Of a stretch of 64,000 nt of DNA, positions 26,336-40,086 are shown piece after piece; positions within the stretch are counted from its first letter, which is position 1, and the number at the start of each line of letters is the position of its first letter. The translations under genes and the position numbers were made by a program. Source of the stretch: the human T2T-CHM13v2.0 reference genome, Homo sapiens; NCBI RefSeq assembly GCF_009914755.1, contig NC_060942.1; one strand, 5' to 3'. Below the pieces are notes generated by a model, which worked only from the letters and a program-made list of their open reading frames with translations, made no database searches and was not told where the DNA came from.

Positions 26336-26874
26336 TGACAGGAGGCATTGGACCACAACAGACAGTCTAACAGTGTAATTTATGATGGGGACTTTGGCTC
26401 ACATGGTATCTGCTCTACCACAGGAAAGCCTCCAGAAGGGCTGGAGACTAAAGGTATCATCTCGACCTCTGGAGAGGCTGGAAACTAAAGGTCAGCTATG
26501 TGTGCAGTTAGCCATGTCTGCAATAAAAACTCTGGACACCAGAGCTCAGGGTAGCTTCCCTGGCTGGTGGTATTCCATGCACAATGTCATATGTTATTTT
26601 CAGGAATATTAACATCATCCAGAATGCTATGGGGAGAAGACAACTGGAAGCTCCGTGTGGACAAACCTCCTGGACTCTGCCCCACATATCTCTTCCCTTG
26701 GCTGATTTGAATTTGTATCCTTTCACTGTGATAAACCACAACCAGATTATTACAGCTGTCAGCAAGTTCTTCTATTGAATTGTGGAAACTGAGGGTGGTC
26801 TTGGGAACCCCTGAACTCTACTGTTGGTGTCAGGAGTGAGGGAAGTCTTGTGGACTGTACTCCCTGACCTCACA
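26336..26874 (+). mobile_element. 3' LTR, MER77-like (MER21/MER68 group), 5' part missing
   Basis: 'gggctggagactaaaggt', 'caataaaaactctggacacc...agcttccctgg', 'cccttggctgatttgaatttgtatcctttcactgtgataaacc', ending ...cctcaca. Confidence 0.82.
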
Positions 26875-28554
26875 GGTGCATTTTCCAACTTTATTTGGAC
26901 ATTCCCCAACAACATCATCCCCTTCTTCAAATATGTTTCTGCTACAAACATTGTCCTTTAGATGGTTCCTTTGCTGCCATTATGACTATGGCGTAATCTG
27001 TAGTAAAGCACCATTAAGATGTTAATACAGATGTATGTGTGAATTAAAAAGTGATGCTAAATGCATAGTAACCAATTTACTTCGCATTAATAATTTAGCT
27101 ATTTTTATTTGTTTCTAAACAAAAAGCAAAGAGGATCCAGTCCAGAGAGCAGTTGCAACAGTGTGCACAATTTTTATTAAACCGAAATAAAAGTTCTTGG
27201 GCTATGGAAGTCACCTAAATTCACTTCTCTTTTCCTATGAACTTTCACTTTTTTTCCTTCCAACTCTAGTTAGAAGCTGTCGGCTGACACGCCCTTCCTT
27301 TGTGCATTTTATCCTGGGACAAAATGAGAAGACATCCTTCAGTTCCCGTAAGTACTATTCTTTTAGTAGGAAATCAAACACACCCCCTAACTGGAGTACT
27401 ATTTATTCTATTCCATCTGTTTCACATAAGAGCAGTAAAGTGATTGGAGGTGAAATGAAAAGAAAGAAAATGGCCAGACATGGTGCACAAATAACTTTCA
27501 AAGACTCATAAATTGCACATCTTGAAGATCTTTATGCCTGAGAATACTGGGCATCTATGATTCACAAAACACTTTACAAACTAATATTCTTGGCCCCCAT
27601 TTTGTAACTGGCAAAAAAAGGAGGTAGGCAATAATAAGAACATTATTCAGAGTCATGGAGGAAGTCACGAAGTGCGCCAGATACAGAGCCAGTTACCCTG
27701 GCAACATTCTTCTGTTTTTCCATTCCTGCATGCCTTGGTATTGGGTTTCAGTTGTGGTTCTTTAACTTATAGGCTGATCGTATATTCAGCTTTCACAATA
27801 TGTCATGGGCATTTTCCTCTGGATTTGGCTGTCTCTCTCCTGATTCTCCTTTCACTAATTTCACTGTGTCAGATGTACCACTTCAGGAAAATATGGTTAT
27901 ATGACAATCTAAACATAGAAAGTAGACAAGACCACCTGGTGATGGTTCAAGTGCAAAAAGATTACTCACTTAAAAAAGAATTCACAAAATTCTTTTAATC
28001 ATCTCTTCTAGGTCACCACAAGAGATTTAATTTAAAAAATTTACAAACAAGTTTGAGAAACATTTCTATTTCAAAAAGCAATGTCTTCAAACTTGCTGAT
28101 ACCCATTTCTTACTCAATTTTTATGTGAGATTACAAGAAAATAACTTAAAATATAAAATGATTATACAATAAATATAAGTATATAATAAAGTAATTTTAA
28201 ATATACAAAGTCAAAATTGGTATACATTTTTATGCTTATAATTCTTGCAGAAGCTTAGAACAAATAGAAAATTTCAAACTATATACTCCCAAAAAAATCT
28301 TTCCAAAAATGAAATTCAAAATACAATCTTTACCTTGATGTAGTGGATAATTTTTTTTTAAGTGGAAGGAAGTACTCTTTGTAAAAATAACTATGGTGCT
28401 GATGGCCATAGCATAGGTATCTGTATCTGGCAAGTATTTACCAGTGAGTGCTATGTGATGGCTCAGTTTCATTATCATTTTCTCTAGTGGCACTCCTGAA
28501 CAAACTTCCTTTGCATGTCTGTTGGTCTTTGAGTGGCATGAACACATCATATGC

Positions 28555-28896
28555 TGTTATGGTTTGGCTGTGTCCCTACCCAAATCTTATCTTGAATTCC
28601 CACGTGTTGTAGGAGGGACCTGGTGGGAGGTAACTGAATCATGGGGGCAGGTCTTTCCCATGTTGTTCTTGTGATAGTGAATAAGCCTCATGAGATCTGA
28701 TGGTTTTAAAAAGAGGAGTTCCCCTGCATAAACTCTCTCTGTTTGCCTGTTGCCATCCATGTAAGATGTGACTTGCTCCTCCTTGCCTTCCACCATGATT
28801 GTGAGGCCTCCCAAGCCATGTGGAATGTTAAGTCCATTAAACCTCTTTTTCTTCCCAGTCTCAGGTATGTCTTTATCAGCAGCATGAAAACAGACA
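28555..28896 (+). mobile_element. THE1A MaLR solo LTR with 5-bp TSD
   Basis: Starts tgttatggtttggctgtgtccctacccaaatcttatcttgaattcccacgtg. TSD tatgc at 28550-28554 and 28897-28901. Confidence 0.92.
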
Positions 28897-30309
28897 TATG
28901 CTTACCAAGGACATCTCAATTTTTTTCTCTTTAGCTCATCAACAAGAATTTACCAAGAAGAATTCTCCAATGCCAGTGAGATTCTGAAATCTCATAGTTG
29001 TACTCAATTATAAATTACTTATTCACATGATCCAGGTTTTACATGGGTTAATTTTTTTAGATAATCATCAGAATGAAAACATGACATTTAAAAAAGCACA
29101 AATAAGACTACAAAGATTGTTACATGTTCTCAGGATCCCTGAGTCCAGGTTGAGAAATGCTCTTTTAAAGACGCCCAGGCACATGCATTTTGGTTTAACA
29201 ATACTTGATCTACTAATAGTTCTCATCATGCAGTAATTTAAGTATTTGGTTGTATTTTTGTAAGAATTAATAAAATATTATATGTGAAAATATTTTGCAA
29301 GTTATAAAGCATTGCAAATGTATGTAGTTAATTTTTTCTACCTCTTTCATTTCTTCCTCTAAGACTGTGTAAGACATACCAGTCTTTTGATATATTTCCC
29401 TTTTAAAATTTTGTCACCTTGGTCTTTTTCATTAGAGTATTGATCAGCTGTCATCTAGTACTTCAGAGGCAAACTTCATCTGACTATTTACCACACTGAC
29501 AGATACTGATAAACCCTTCGTGATTTCCTGGCTATTTGGCAAAGTGTTTGAAATAATGATTCAAAAGGGGGCTTCTTGAAAACCTCCTTTTGGAGTCTTA
29601 GAGGTTTAACTGATTCCACTGAATCTGATAATTGTGCTGTCTGCAAAGAAATACATGGGAGCAGTACATGGAGCTCAGGTTGTATGTATTGGGAACAGAA
29701 ACACTTCAATCCTGCTAATTGTATTTAAAGCAGATGGGGAAAGGGAGCCAAACATCAGAGTTTGTTTTGCTGCAGACACTTAATACACACTGTCCGGATT
29801 GCTGGCTTTATTTTCCCATTGTGTAGGGGGGAAACTGATGTTCAGAAAACTTCAATAATTTGACTAAAATCACAGAAGGAGATGGAGCAAGATTTGATCC
29901 CTGGTCCTGATTTCCAAGTGAATATCATTTCCCATATGTCTGGCTATGGAAGAGGGAATGAGAATGTAGGAAATGGCAAACCAGGGTCTTGGGCTGAGAA
30001 AATGGAGCTTCCCAGGCTGGCATTTACCAAATCATGTGTGGCCTCAAATCCAGTTCTCCAAGACAATTTCCTGCTCCCTACACCCCTACCTCCCTTAGTT
30101 ACATCCACTTTCCTCCATCATTGGCACCATCGTTCAGTGTCAGCTTCTTCCTGGAAAACTAGTTTGCCTTAAAAACTTGCTCAAAGACTGTTTTTCCCTC
30201 TCTCTCTCTCTTTCTAGGACTGACCTCTCTAACTCAGTAGTTAGACTCTTGAGTCCTTGAAATTGAGCACAGGTATGGGCTACCACAGGAACACCAATAC
30301 AAATGCTAA

Positions 30310-30500
30310 CATTTCCTGAGTGACTACAGTGGGCCGAGTACTGCATTAACTGCTTTATACGTATTATTTCATTTAATCCTCACCACAACCCTCTGTCGTT
30401 CCTACTATTATTGCCATTTTATAGATAAGAAAACGGAGGCACAGAAAGACCCAGCCATTTGTCCATGGTTACACAGCTGAAATAAGGCCATAGTAGACTA
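30310..30500 (-). mobile_element. MIR SINE
   Basis: 'tcatttaatcctcaccacaaccct...ccattttatagataagaaaacggaggcacaga'. Confidence 0.8.
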
Positions 30501-30865
30501 AAACCCATTGTCATTCCATCCCCAGGGCTTTGTGTTGTCTTTCTGAGCAAACTTGGGTGAATTGTGACTATGGGTTCCTCGGCATGTGCTGCATTCTTCT
30601 GATCTCCTGTCTCTGGTTGCAAAGTTCTGGTCCAGGAATCAAGTGTTCAACTTTCCATGCAGCTCCCATAGTACAGAACAGTTCTGAGCAAACAGCGAGT
30701 GTTTAGTGAACAGGGTTGACTTTTACTACATGAAACACTAATGTTCAGTTATGTACTTGTGAAGGCAGAGGGAAGTAGCATATTCCAAGTGTCGTGTTGA
30801 TCCTCAGAGTATATTAAAAGGGAAACCAGACTTTGTCTCAGAGAAACTAAACTAACATTAAATAA

Positions 30866-31235
30866 TGTTATGGGCTACATTGTGATTTCCCCCTCCCTCA
30901 TATAGATCTGTTGAAATTCTAGCCCCCTGCCCCCATACCTCAGAATGTGACTGTATTTGGAGATAGGGTCTTTAAAGAGGCAACTAAGGTAAGAGAAGTT
31001 CGTTAGGCTGTGCCCTAATCCAATATGGCGATGTCCTTATAAGAAGAGATTAAGACACAGACACCCACAGAGGGAAGACCATGTAAAGACACGGAGAAGG
31101 TGGCCATCTGCAAGCCAAGGAGGAGAGAGGCCTCACGAGAAATCCACCTTGCCAACACCATGGGGAATAAATTTCTGTTGTTTAAGCTACTTGGTCTGTG
31201 GTATTTTGTGATGGCAGCCCTGAAAAACTGGTATA
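30866..31235 (+). mobile_element. MLT1A0-type MaLR solo LTR
   Basis: 'cctcagaatgtgactgtatttggagatagggtctttaaagagg', 'ggccatctgcaagccaagg' and 'aataaatttctgttgtttaagc'. Confidence 0.88.
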
Positions 31236-32211
31236 GACACCATTTGGCAAAAAGATAAGAGCCTGCCTCTTTTTCTTGTGGTAAAGGGAGTTGGTGGGCA
31301 TAGGGCTGCTGTTTGGGGCATACACACCATGACTCTGCAGGTACTCTTTCTGCTGGGAACCAGCCAGAGAGGAGGATATGAATTGGGATTGGGATCAGTA
31401 GAGGATGGAGTTTCTGTGACAGTCTCACACCAATTTGTTAGAGCACACTTACTTGTTCACCCAATAAATACTTACTACCCACCTATTATGTGTCCACCAC
31501 AGTACTGGACCCTGATGATAAATTGTCCAAAATAAAATTTCCAAATGTTCTTCTCCCCACAGTCTCTGTGGATTTCTTCCTGGCCGGGGCACATTGAGTC
31601 TCCTTGTTCACTTTCTCTGGATGAAGCAGTTGTTATCAATCAGCATATTACAGCTTTCCATTCTTTTCCTTTATCTTCTTTTTGTTCTTGGTCTTAAGAA
31701 TGGATAGCAGTCTAAAGTGCTGAGATATTATTTATGCCTTTGCCTTCAGCCCTAGAAGGAGCTTGATGGAATTATCAGTGTTTCTCCTGTTTTCCTCCTA
31801 AGAAGGAAGCCAATTTTTATTCTGCGTTTTGAGCCACTAGCCTTAGGGATTTGCTAAGGGCTTTTTGTGCCAGAACCAAAAGGAGAAGTTGTATATGAAA
31901 GTGGTGTGACTTGGAGAGTGAGTTTATCTCTCTGAGCCTCAAATGTTCCCATCTGGAAAATAGGAATAATTATGATGCTATCTCATAGGTTTGTTAGGAG
32001 GGAAAAAAAAGGTAATGCTTGGGAAGTTCTACATATATGTGCATATATATGTAATAACCATTCCTCGGGTGTTGCTTTTGGGGTCCATACTGACCATAAC
32101 TTGTTTGGAAGACCAGGCCAATGACAAGGAAGAAATTGCAGGAAGCATTTAGGTGGATGAAGGAGTGCTTATTAGAGTGGGCAGATTTCTGGAGATTAAG
32201 AGACATTTTTT

Positions 32212-32254
32212 GGGGTGGGGATGGGGATGGGGATGGGGGTAGGGTAAGGGAGGG
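32212..32254 (+). other. Potential G-quadruplex, (GGGGAT)n-like
   Basis: ggggtggggatggggatggggatgggggtagggtaagggaggg has eight G3+ tracts with 1-3 nt loops. Confidence 0.75.
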
Positions 32255-33244
32255 AGTTCCACAAGTTGTAGAGAACTGTGCTCTGCTCAAAGCCATGTCC
32301 TTGCTTGGGGCAGGAGGACTACAGCCACCAAGTGATGATGGAGCCTTGAGTGGAGTCACAGGATTTGTGTGGTCCATTCTGCGGTCATAGAGGGGATCAC
32401 AGGAGGACAGCCTTGCGGCTTTAGTACCAGAGCACAGCACCTCTGCATAAGCATGTCTGGGTACTAAAAGGATGATGGGAAAGATGGGAAACTATGCACT
32501 GAAGGTCTGGGTCCTTCCCAGATTTTCTATATCCATTTTCAATTCCTGACTCCATTGAAGTACAAGAAAGCCCCAGTAATGACCATTGCGGGGGAACTTG
32601 CCTGTTCTGAGACACTGGGCTGCAGAGATTTCATTTGATTTAGAGAAATAAAAACATGGTACTTTTTGTACCTAAGCATTGCACCCCAAGTTTATATTGA
32701 TTGCAAGTATTTATTGGTTTTCGTTGTTGTTTATAAAAAATCTCAAAAAATTCAGTATGTAAAATTTGGAAAGTAGGGAAAAACAAAAAAAAAATAAAAA
32801 TAAAAATTGCCTGTAAACTCACCACTTGGAAATAACAACTCTCGCTGAATATTTTTTGGGGTTTTACTATGTGTATATGCTACATATATCGTTACATCAG
32901 TGAGATTATACTGTGCACAGTCTATCCTATTTTCATTTAACAGTGTTATGAAGACTTTCTCATGCAGTATAATACAGTTCTTCATGAAGAACACTTAAAT
33001 GCTGAATGCTATTCAATTTTAAGGGACAAAATAGATGATTAATCCTTAGATCATTTAACTAAGTAGATTAATCCTTAGATAATTTAATCCTTTATTATTA
33101 GAAAGTTGGGTTTCCAGTTTTTTGCTCTGTTAAATAATATTGTTATGATTATCCTCACATAAATTTATGTTCCAGTCTTGTTTTCTGAGAAAGTTTACCT
33201 AAAAGTTGTTATCTCTCTTATTTATTGTGTGATATTTTATTAGA

Positions 33245-33533
33245 TTTTATTTTTGAGACAGAGTCTCACTCTGTCACCCAGGCTGGATTGCAGTGGTGCA
33301 ATCTTGGCTCATTGCAAAACTCAGCCTCCTGGGCTCAAGTGATCCTCCCAGCTCAGCCTCCCTAGTAGCAGTCACTACAGGTGCATGCCACCATGCCTGG
33401 CTAATTTTTGTATTTTTTGTAGAGACAGGGTTTTACCATGTTATCCAGGCTCGTCTTGAACTCCTGAGCTCAAGCAATCTACCCACAGCCTCCCAAAGTG
33501 CTGGGATTACATATGTGAGACACCACTCCTGAC
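33245..33533 (-). mobile_element. AluJ
   Basis: Full antisense Alu with J-type diagnostics (cctgggctcaagtgatcctcc). Confidence 0.92.
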
Positions 33534-35324
33534 CTCATTTTATTTTTAAAAACCTCTTCCTGTGTTTTCTTAAACCCACACTAAACCCAAAACAATTTCT
33601 TCAAATAGCCTTTAGTTCTTCATTACATTTTCTCTCCACCAATTATCCCCAAAGACTCTCATTCTGAGATTGTTGAGAATCGTTTGTACCATTGGCAAGA
33701 GTAGGACAACTTACATGCAGTCATTTAAATTAAAGAGTTTCCTTAGCTGCAGCCAAACTGACACTCAAAATTCATCCAAAATCACAGTTATGTTGATTAT
33801 TTGGTTCTGATATTGCTTTCGTATCTCGCCATTCCCTACTTTTGTTGCTATCAGTGGGTCTATTGTTTTGCTCAGAATTGTCTTCAACAATGTTATAAAG
33901 GGCGCTGGTAGAGTAGCAAGATGAGCCTTCACCATCTCTTAGTTGGTTGTTGCTTTTCACTTTTTCCTGGAGGGGCAACATGTGTGTACATACGTGTGTC
34001 CACAGGTAGTGTGTTGTATATATGTGTTTGTGGGCACTGCTAGAAAGGAGATTCCTGTAGTTGTTTTAGTTATGCAGACGCCCAAAATATCTGAAGCAGC
34101 ACCAGACAATATCTCAAAGCATAATGGATACTCACAACGTAACTAGCATATGTGTATGTTCCATCTCAAAATTCTATCCTTGTCTGCCATTTTCTTCTAA
34201 GTGTTAAATTTACGATTCTCCTGAGAGCCGCAAATTCAATTAACAATAAGATAGAAAATACAACTCAATGGCATTATGGCCATAACAAAGCGAAGTCTAC
34301 CTTCGCTGGTTTGTGGTAGAAATGTTGGCTTGTCCAGGACAATCTTTCATAGAAGATGGATTTATCCATCCCTGACAGGTTCAGACCACTTCAGACCAAG
34401 CCTTGTTTTCCACAGTCAGAGTCAAAAGTGCATTTTCCTCGCTTCTGATGAAAAGTAACAAAGACTTTTGGTTTTAGGGACCAGAATGAGAGTGATTCTC
34501 TTTGAAGCTTTCACAAAGCCGAAAAGAATTTCACACCATTTTGAGTGCTGCAGGTGAAGAATTTAACAGCTGGTGGGAGTGCAAATTAGAGCCAATTATA
34601 ATTTGATTGACCTGCCTTGACAGTAAACCTGTCTTCTCTAATTTAAAATGCCTAGCAGGATCCTCTCTGCCCTGGTAAGGTGGTGATTTCAAAGGAAGAG
34701 CAGCTCAAACTAGGAAATCCTTTAACAATGCTATGAGAGTAATAAAGATTTATTTATATAGTGCTTTTTTTCTCTTGGACTAAAATTACTACATTCAAAC
34801 CAAGGAATAGCATGGTGAGTACAGGAATGAAAAAGGACTGGGCTGGGTAGAAATGAGTCGTGGGGATGGTGGCCACAGAAGTAGAAAATGCATGAAAATT
34901 TAGGAAAGTTGTGGAGAAAGGGGAAAGTGTTTCAGTTCCCAAATGTAATGCCAGTTGTCATAATATTTGTAAAGAAACCAAATGTAGAATTAAAAAGTGT
35001 ATTCTCCAAAATTGTTTTAAAATGGCATAAGAAAGCACATTTTATTCCTGTGTTTGATTTTAGAAGCTAATTTATCCTGTCGCCTTATTTAACTAGGTCA
35101 AAGGAGGCATAGAACTCTAGTTCAAACTCAACCTACTCATTCCCTACTTATTGACAATAGCTAGGGTTTAATTAACTATTTATACTTTATGAGGAAAAAA
35201 GTTGGTGGATCTGCATTTCCTGCTTTGCCTTGAGTGAAATCTCCAAGTCTTTTCTATTGACCTCTAATTCTGATGCAGGTGATCTGCACACCCCATGCTC
35301 CAGGCTCTTGGAAGGTAGTGCTCC

Positions 35325-35914
35325 TGAAACCGTCCCCAAGAAAATTTTATAAAATAGATTAAGGGAAAAAATAAAATTCAGCTAGGCTTGCAGCTCAATC
35401 AGAGGTAATTATTAAGCCAGCTTGCCCTTTGTCTCACTTCCTTGTAGCTGGTTACTACTTACTACTCCAGGAAGACCTCCAGGATAATGTAGCCCTTGTC
35501 ACAATATTCTTTGTTCTATAGATAAAATCTAAGACATTGTGAGATGATAAGCTTTCTGTTTGAGTTTCTCCTTTAGTTCTGTATTCCAACAAAACTACCC
35601 ATGCCAGCTGGTCTGAAGAGCCCAGTAGGAAGCTGACCCATGGAAGAATGCAGTTTCCACATCCTGTTGACTTCATCCCCTTACCATGACCAAACAATGA
35701 CCCCAATTTTCTAGCTCCTTGCCCTCCATGATCTCCTTAGAGACCCTTGCCCAGAACCCTTTGATGAAATGGATTTGAGGCTTGAGAATCGCTCCTGTTA
35801 CCTCCTTTGGCAGACTTGCAATGATTAAACTCTTTCTCTGCTGCAAACCCTGCTGTCTCAGTGTATTAGTCTGTTGCTGCACAGCAGATATAACAACCTG
35901 GCAGTCCTGTAATA
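35325..35914 (+). mobile_element. LTR26-like ERV1 solo LTR with 4-bp TSD
   Basis: Starts tgaaaccgtcccc and contains 'attaaactctttctctgctgcaa...ctgtctcagtg'. TSD ctcc at 35321-35324 and 35915-35918. Confidence 0.82.
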
Positions 35915-35984
35915 CTCCCAGGAGCCAACTGTGTCACCATCAAACAGAGATTCAACAGATCTTCTCTCCAGTCCCACTCCTACA

Positions 35985-36150
35985 ATTTAGGACTTACTTG
36001 ATCTTGGGCATGTTGTCCTCTTTGAGTCTCAGTTCTTATCATTTGAAAAATGGAAATAATAAAATCTGCTTCATGGGGTATGGTGGTGATAGGTGAGATG
36101 CCATATGCAAAATGACTCGGCACAATGTCTGGCCCAGAGTAGCTCCCAGG
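35985..36150 (+). mobile_element. MIR SINE
   Basis: 'gatcttgggca...tctcagttcttatcatttgaaaaatggaaataat...ggcacaatgtctggc'. Confidence 0.65.
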
Positions 36151-36457
36151 AAACGGTGAGTTTCTGTTTCTTCCTCTGACAGGACTCCTTCACCTTCACT
36201 CCATCGCTAAGGTTGCCTGGCCTTCTTTCTTCTCTCTTCTTTCTCTCAGTGAACCTTCTGCAATGACCTGAGGGGAGACTGAGGGAGGGAAGATGGGGAG
36301 AAGAAGTGCAGGTCTTGCCTCCTTGGTATGGTACTTAGAATGAATTTCACTAATTTCACTAAGTAACAATGTTCTTCCTGCTGATGAGATTTTATAATTC
36401 TAATATTTGGGTACACTGTATACGAAACATACTTTTGCAGTTGGCTTAAAAATCTTA

Positions 36458-36838
<381 letters not shown>

Positions 36839-39059
36839 TTACTTCATAGGAAAGGAGATGGATACTTTCATTTTTTGGATACACTATATACAGCCAGAGT
36901 TTTACTGCCTTAAATTTTATGACAAGTAAAGTTATCAATAGAAACAGAAGCCTGAATTCCAAACAAAATCAATTTAATGTACAAACTTCTGGATTTTAGC
37001 ATGTAACTGTGTGTAACTGCATTCATGTCAATGGCTACAAATCATTGGGAAGCTTCTACATAAGGAGGCAGAATAAAGTGATGGGCTTTGTGACAGCGCA
37101 ACCTCTTTCCTTTTCACATTAATTCTGAATGAGGGTTAGGGTTTCTGGAAGTCTATTCTTTGTATAATGAGAGCTTTCCTCTATTACTATAAATGTGGCT
37201 CCTAGGGTCTCTTTCTACTAAAAAAATTACTACTAATAAAGATATATGTAGTGATGATTGTATGCATCCTTGTTCACATCTGTGAAACTGAAGTTTCTTG
37301 TGGGTAACACATCTGGCTTTAAAAAAATTACCTATAGGAATATTAAATGGTAAGCAAGGATCTCAGTAACCAGATTCTGGAGTGCAGCCAACCCCCAAGC
37401 AATGAAATGATGATTTCTGCAACCAGGCTTGACTGGGCTGGACCTGGGCAGATGATGGAGGGGAGCAGGAGGTGCAGGCAGCTGCTGTCTGGTGAACCGA
37501 AACGGGGCATTCACAAGGTGGGCAGACAGATGCCATAATGACCCACTAAAGAATACCCACATGCAGTACAACATAGCTGTGAAACGTGGAGAAACAATGG
37601 CAGCAGATGGACAAAAACCTGGCATGCAGCAGGCAGGGAGAAGCAGCTCATTTATAGCAAAAAGTCCTGGGTGGCTCAGGGAGGGACAAAAATCCAGACC
37701 CATACCAAGCCTGTAAATAGCAACAGGCCCTGTAAGCGGCCTTCATCCTTTTCAAATATTTATTGACTGCTTGCTATGGGTCACATACTTGGCTATGGGT
37801 CACATACTTGGCGAGGTGCTGCACGAATGCAGGGATGAAGACAGGCTTATTGAGTTCAAGGAGTTTAGAATCCAATGGACACGCAGCAGGTTTCTGTTTA
37901 TATGAGACCATTTGGGAATTATGTTGTGGTTCCTGGCATTCCAGGCATTTAACATTCTTCACAATTTGGTTCTTCTTTTTCTAGATCTTGGGTGGCATAA
38001 CTTCAAAACCAAGGGAGATGGAGGAGTTTTAGAGGAGTAGAAGGCTGCAAGCAAGAACTGATGCATTACATCTCCAGTCACCTCACTCTAAGATTGTCCT
38101 GTAGCTAAGACTGTTGAATGAGACTGTTGTTCTTCAGTTTGCAGCCACAAAGCACGGAGGCATCTCCCCAAGAATCCACTGCAGGGAGGATGAACAGCCC
38201 TTACCTGGATTTTTGCTTTATCTAAAAATATATTTGTAGAAGAAGGAGCATTCTAGTTTCCAAATACAAAGGGCAATCTCCTTCTCTGTGTGTGCACGTG
38301 CAAACAAACACACTTCTACAAGTAAGCATTCTTCTTTATTATCATAGTCATCATCATCACTGGGTTGGCAACTAAAAACAAAACTACAAAACTCTCATGT
38401 TAGCAGTTGAGTAACTTTTAATAACCAGATACAAACCATTCTTCATTGTTTACAAGGGGCATTAAAAAGAAAAGGAGGTTGAACTGCAATGTGAAGTGTA
38501 GTTAAATATGTAGACATCTTGGATTCTAGAAGAGTTTGTAATGGATTAAAGGGTTAAGCTATGAAATTGTTGCCCTCTGTGATTTTTCCACACTAGAACA
38601 GACTGACATGGTTTGAAGCAGTTGGGCTTTAACCTATAGATAGGAGGACAGAGATGATTGCCTATGAAGCAATTATTAAATAGCTGCATTTTGGCATGTT
38701 CTAGTTGAAAAGATTTAGTTTTACCTATATCACCTCATCATCACTAATTTAATCATCCTCAGAAAATGCAAAAATAATGATGTACATTTGACAAGTCTTA
38801 TACAAAATTATGTTTCATAGCTTTGTGGTCAGAATTAAGCCATGTTCTAAAATACAAATGAATAGTCTACAGCCCACTAATTCCTAACTGTAAGTGTTAA
38901 GTCTATATAAAAATAAGAGACAAGCTTGTGATCAGGAATAGCTTCCAATTATGAAAAATTTAAATAAAAATAATAGAATGTGCTTAATTTATTTATCATA
39001 TACAAAGTAGACATATGTGACCAAAATGATTCATTATTTTTACGATTTTCATGGGAATA

Positions 39060-39590
39060 AGTTTGACAATATTAAGTGCTGGAGATAGAATATCAGGTAA
39101 TCTTAAATACTGTTCATAGGAATGTACAACCATTTTGGAGAACAGTTGGAATTATCCAAAGAAAGCTGAAGATTTTCCTAACTTATAATTTTAAAAATTG
39201 GCACATGCCCTCAAGTAACAGTTGCATACCTAAGGAGACATGTGTAAGTATTTTTACAGCAGCATTATTTATAATAGCCCAAATTGGAAATAACCTAAAA
39301 TCATATGTTCTTACAAAGGAGTACTACACAACAGTGAAAGCAAATAAACTATAGCTAAATGTTATCTATCTTGAAGGCATTTATAAGAATAATGATGCTT
39401 TCACAAAGTAAATTGCAGGATGTTATATACAATGTGATACAATTCATGTAAGTTACCAAACATGCAACACAATACATAACATTGTCCAAGGATAAGTATA
39501 AATGCAGTAAAGGTATAAATAAATGTAGGATTATGATGCTTGCTTGAATATTCTGTATACTCTTTTGCATATCTTTAATATTATTTAATA
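39060..39590 (+). mobile_element. Old L1M (L1ME-like) 3' fragment
   Basis: ORF2 C-terminal remnant 'KETCVSIFTAALFIIAQIGNNLK' and 'acagcagcattatttataatagccc'. Confidence 0.65.
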
Positions 39591-39766
39591 AATGAATAGA
39601 CAAATCAGTAATACTAAAACCAAAGTCCAAGGGTGCCAGATTCAATTCAAGAGGTAGAATAAAACTGCTGGAGGAGAGGTGGAGATTGCAAGACATAAAT
39701 GGGTTTAGAATTTTTTCCCTGTATTTTCCTCTGTGACAGTAGATATTAAGTTGCTATTTTCTTTAG

Positions 39767-40086
<320 letters not shown>

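Noticed and set aside
27800-29160. Possible Charlie-type DNA transposon split by THE1A
   Set aside because: Only a terminal-like 'caggttgagaaatgct' is recognisable. I cannot define the other end or any transposase homology.
29562-29592. Imperfect hairpin caaaagggggcttc...gaaaacctccttttg as a miRNA or terminator
   Set aside because: The stem is too short for a pre-miRNA, and intrinsic terminators do not apply in this genome.
33036-33087. Short degenerate duplications (also 36343-36362, 52322-52372, 26428-26495)
   Set aside because: Ordinary slippage products inside old repeats with no sign of function.
38205-38221. 17-nt minus-strand micro-exon (tttttAG|ataaagcaaaaatccag|GTAAGG)
   Set aside because: It is not frame-preserving, has no supporting neighbouring exons, and such matches occur by chance.
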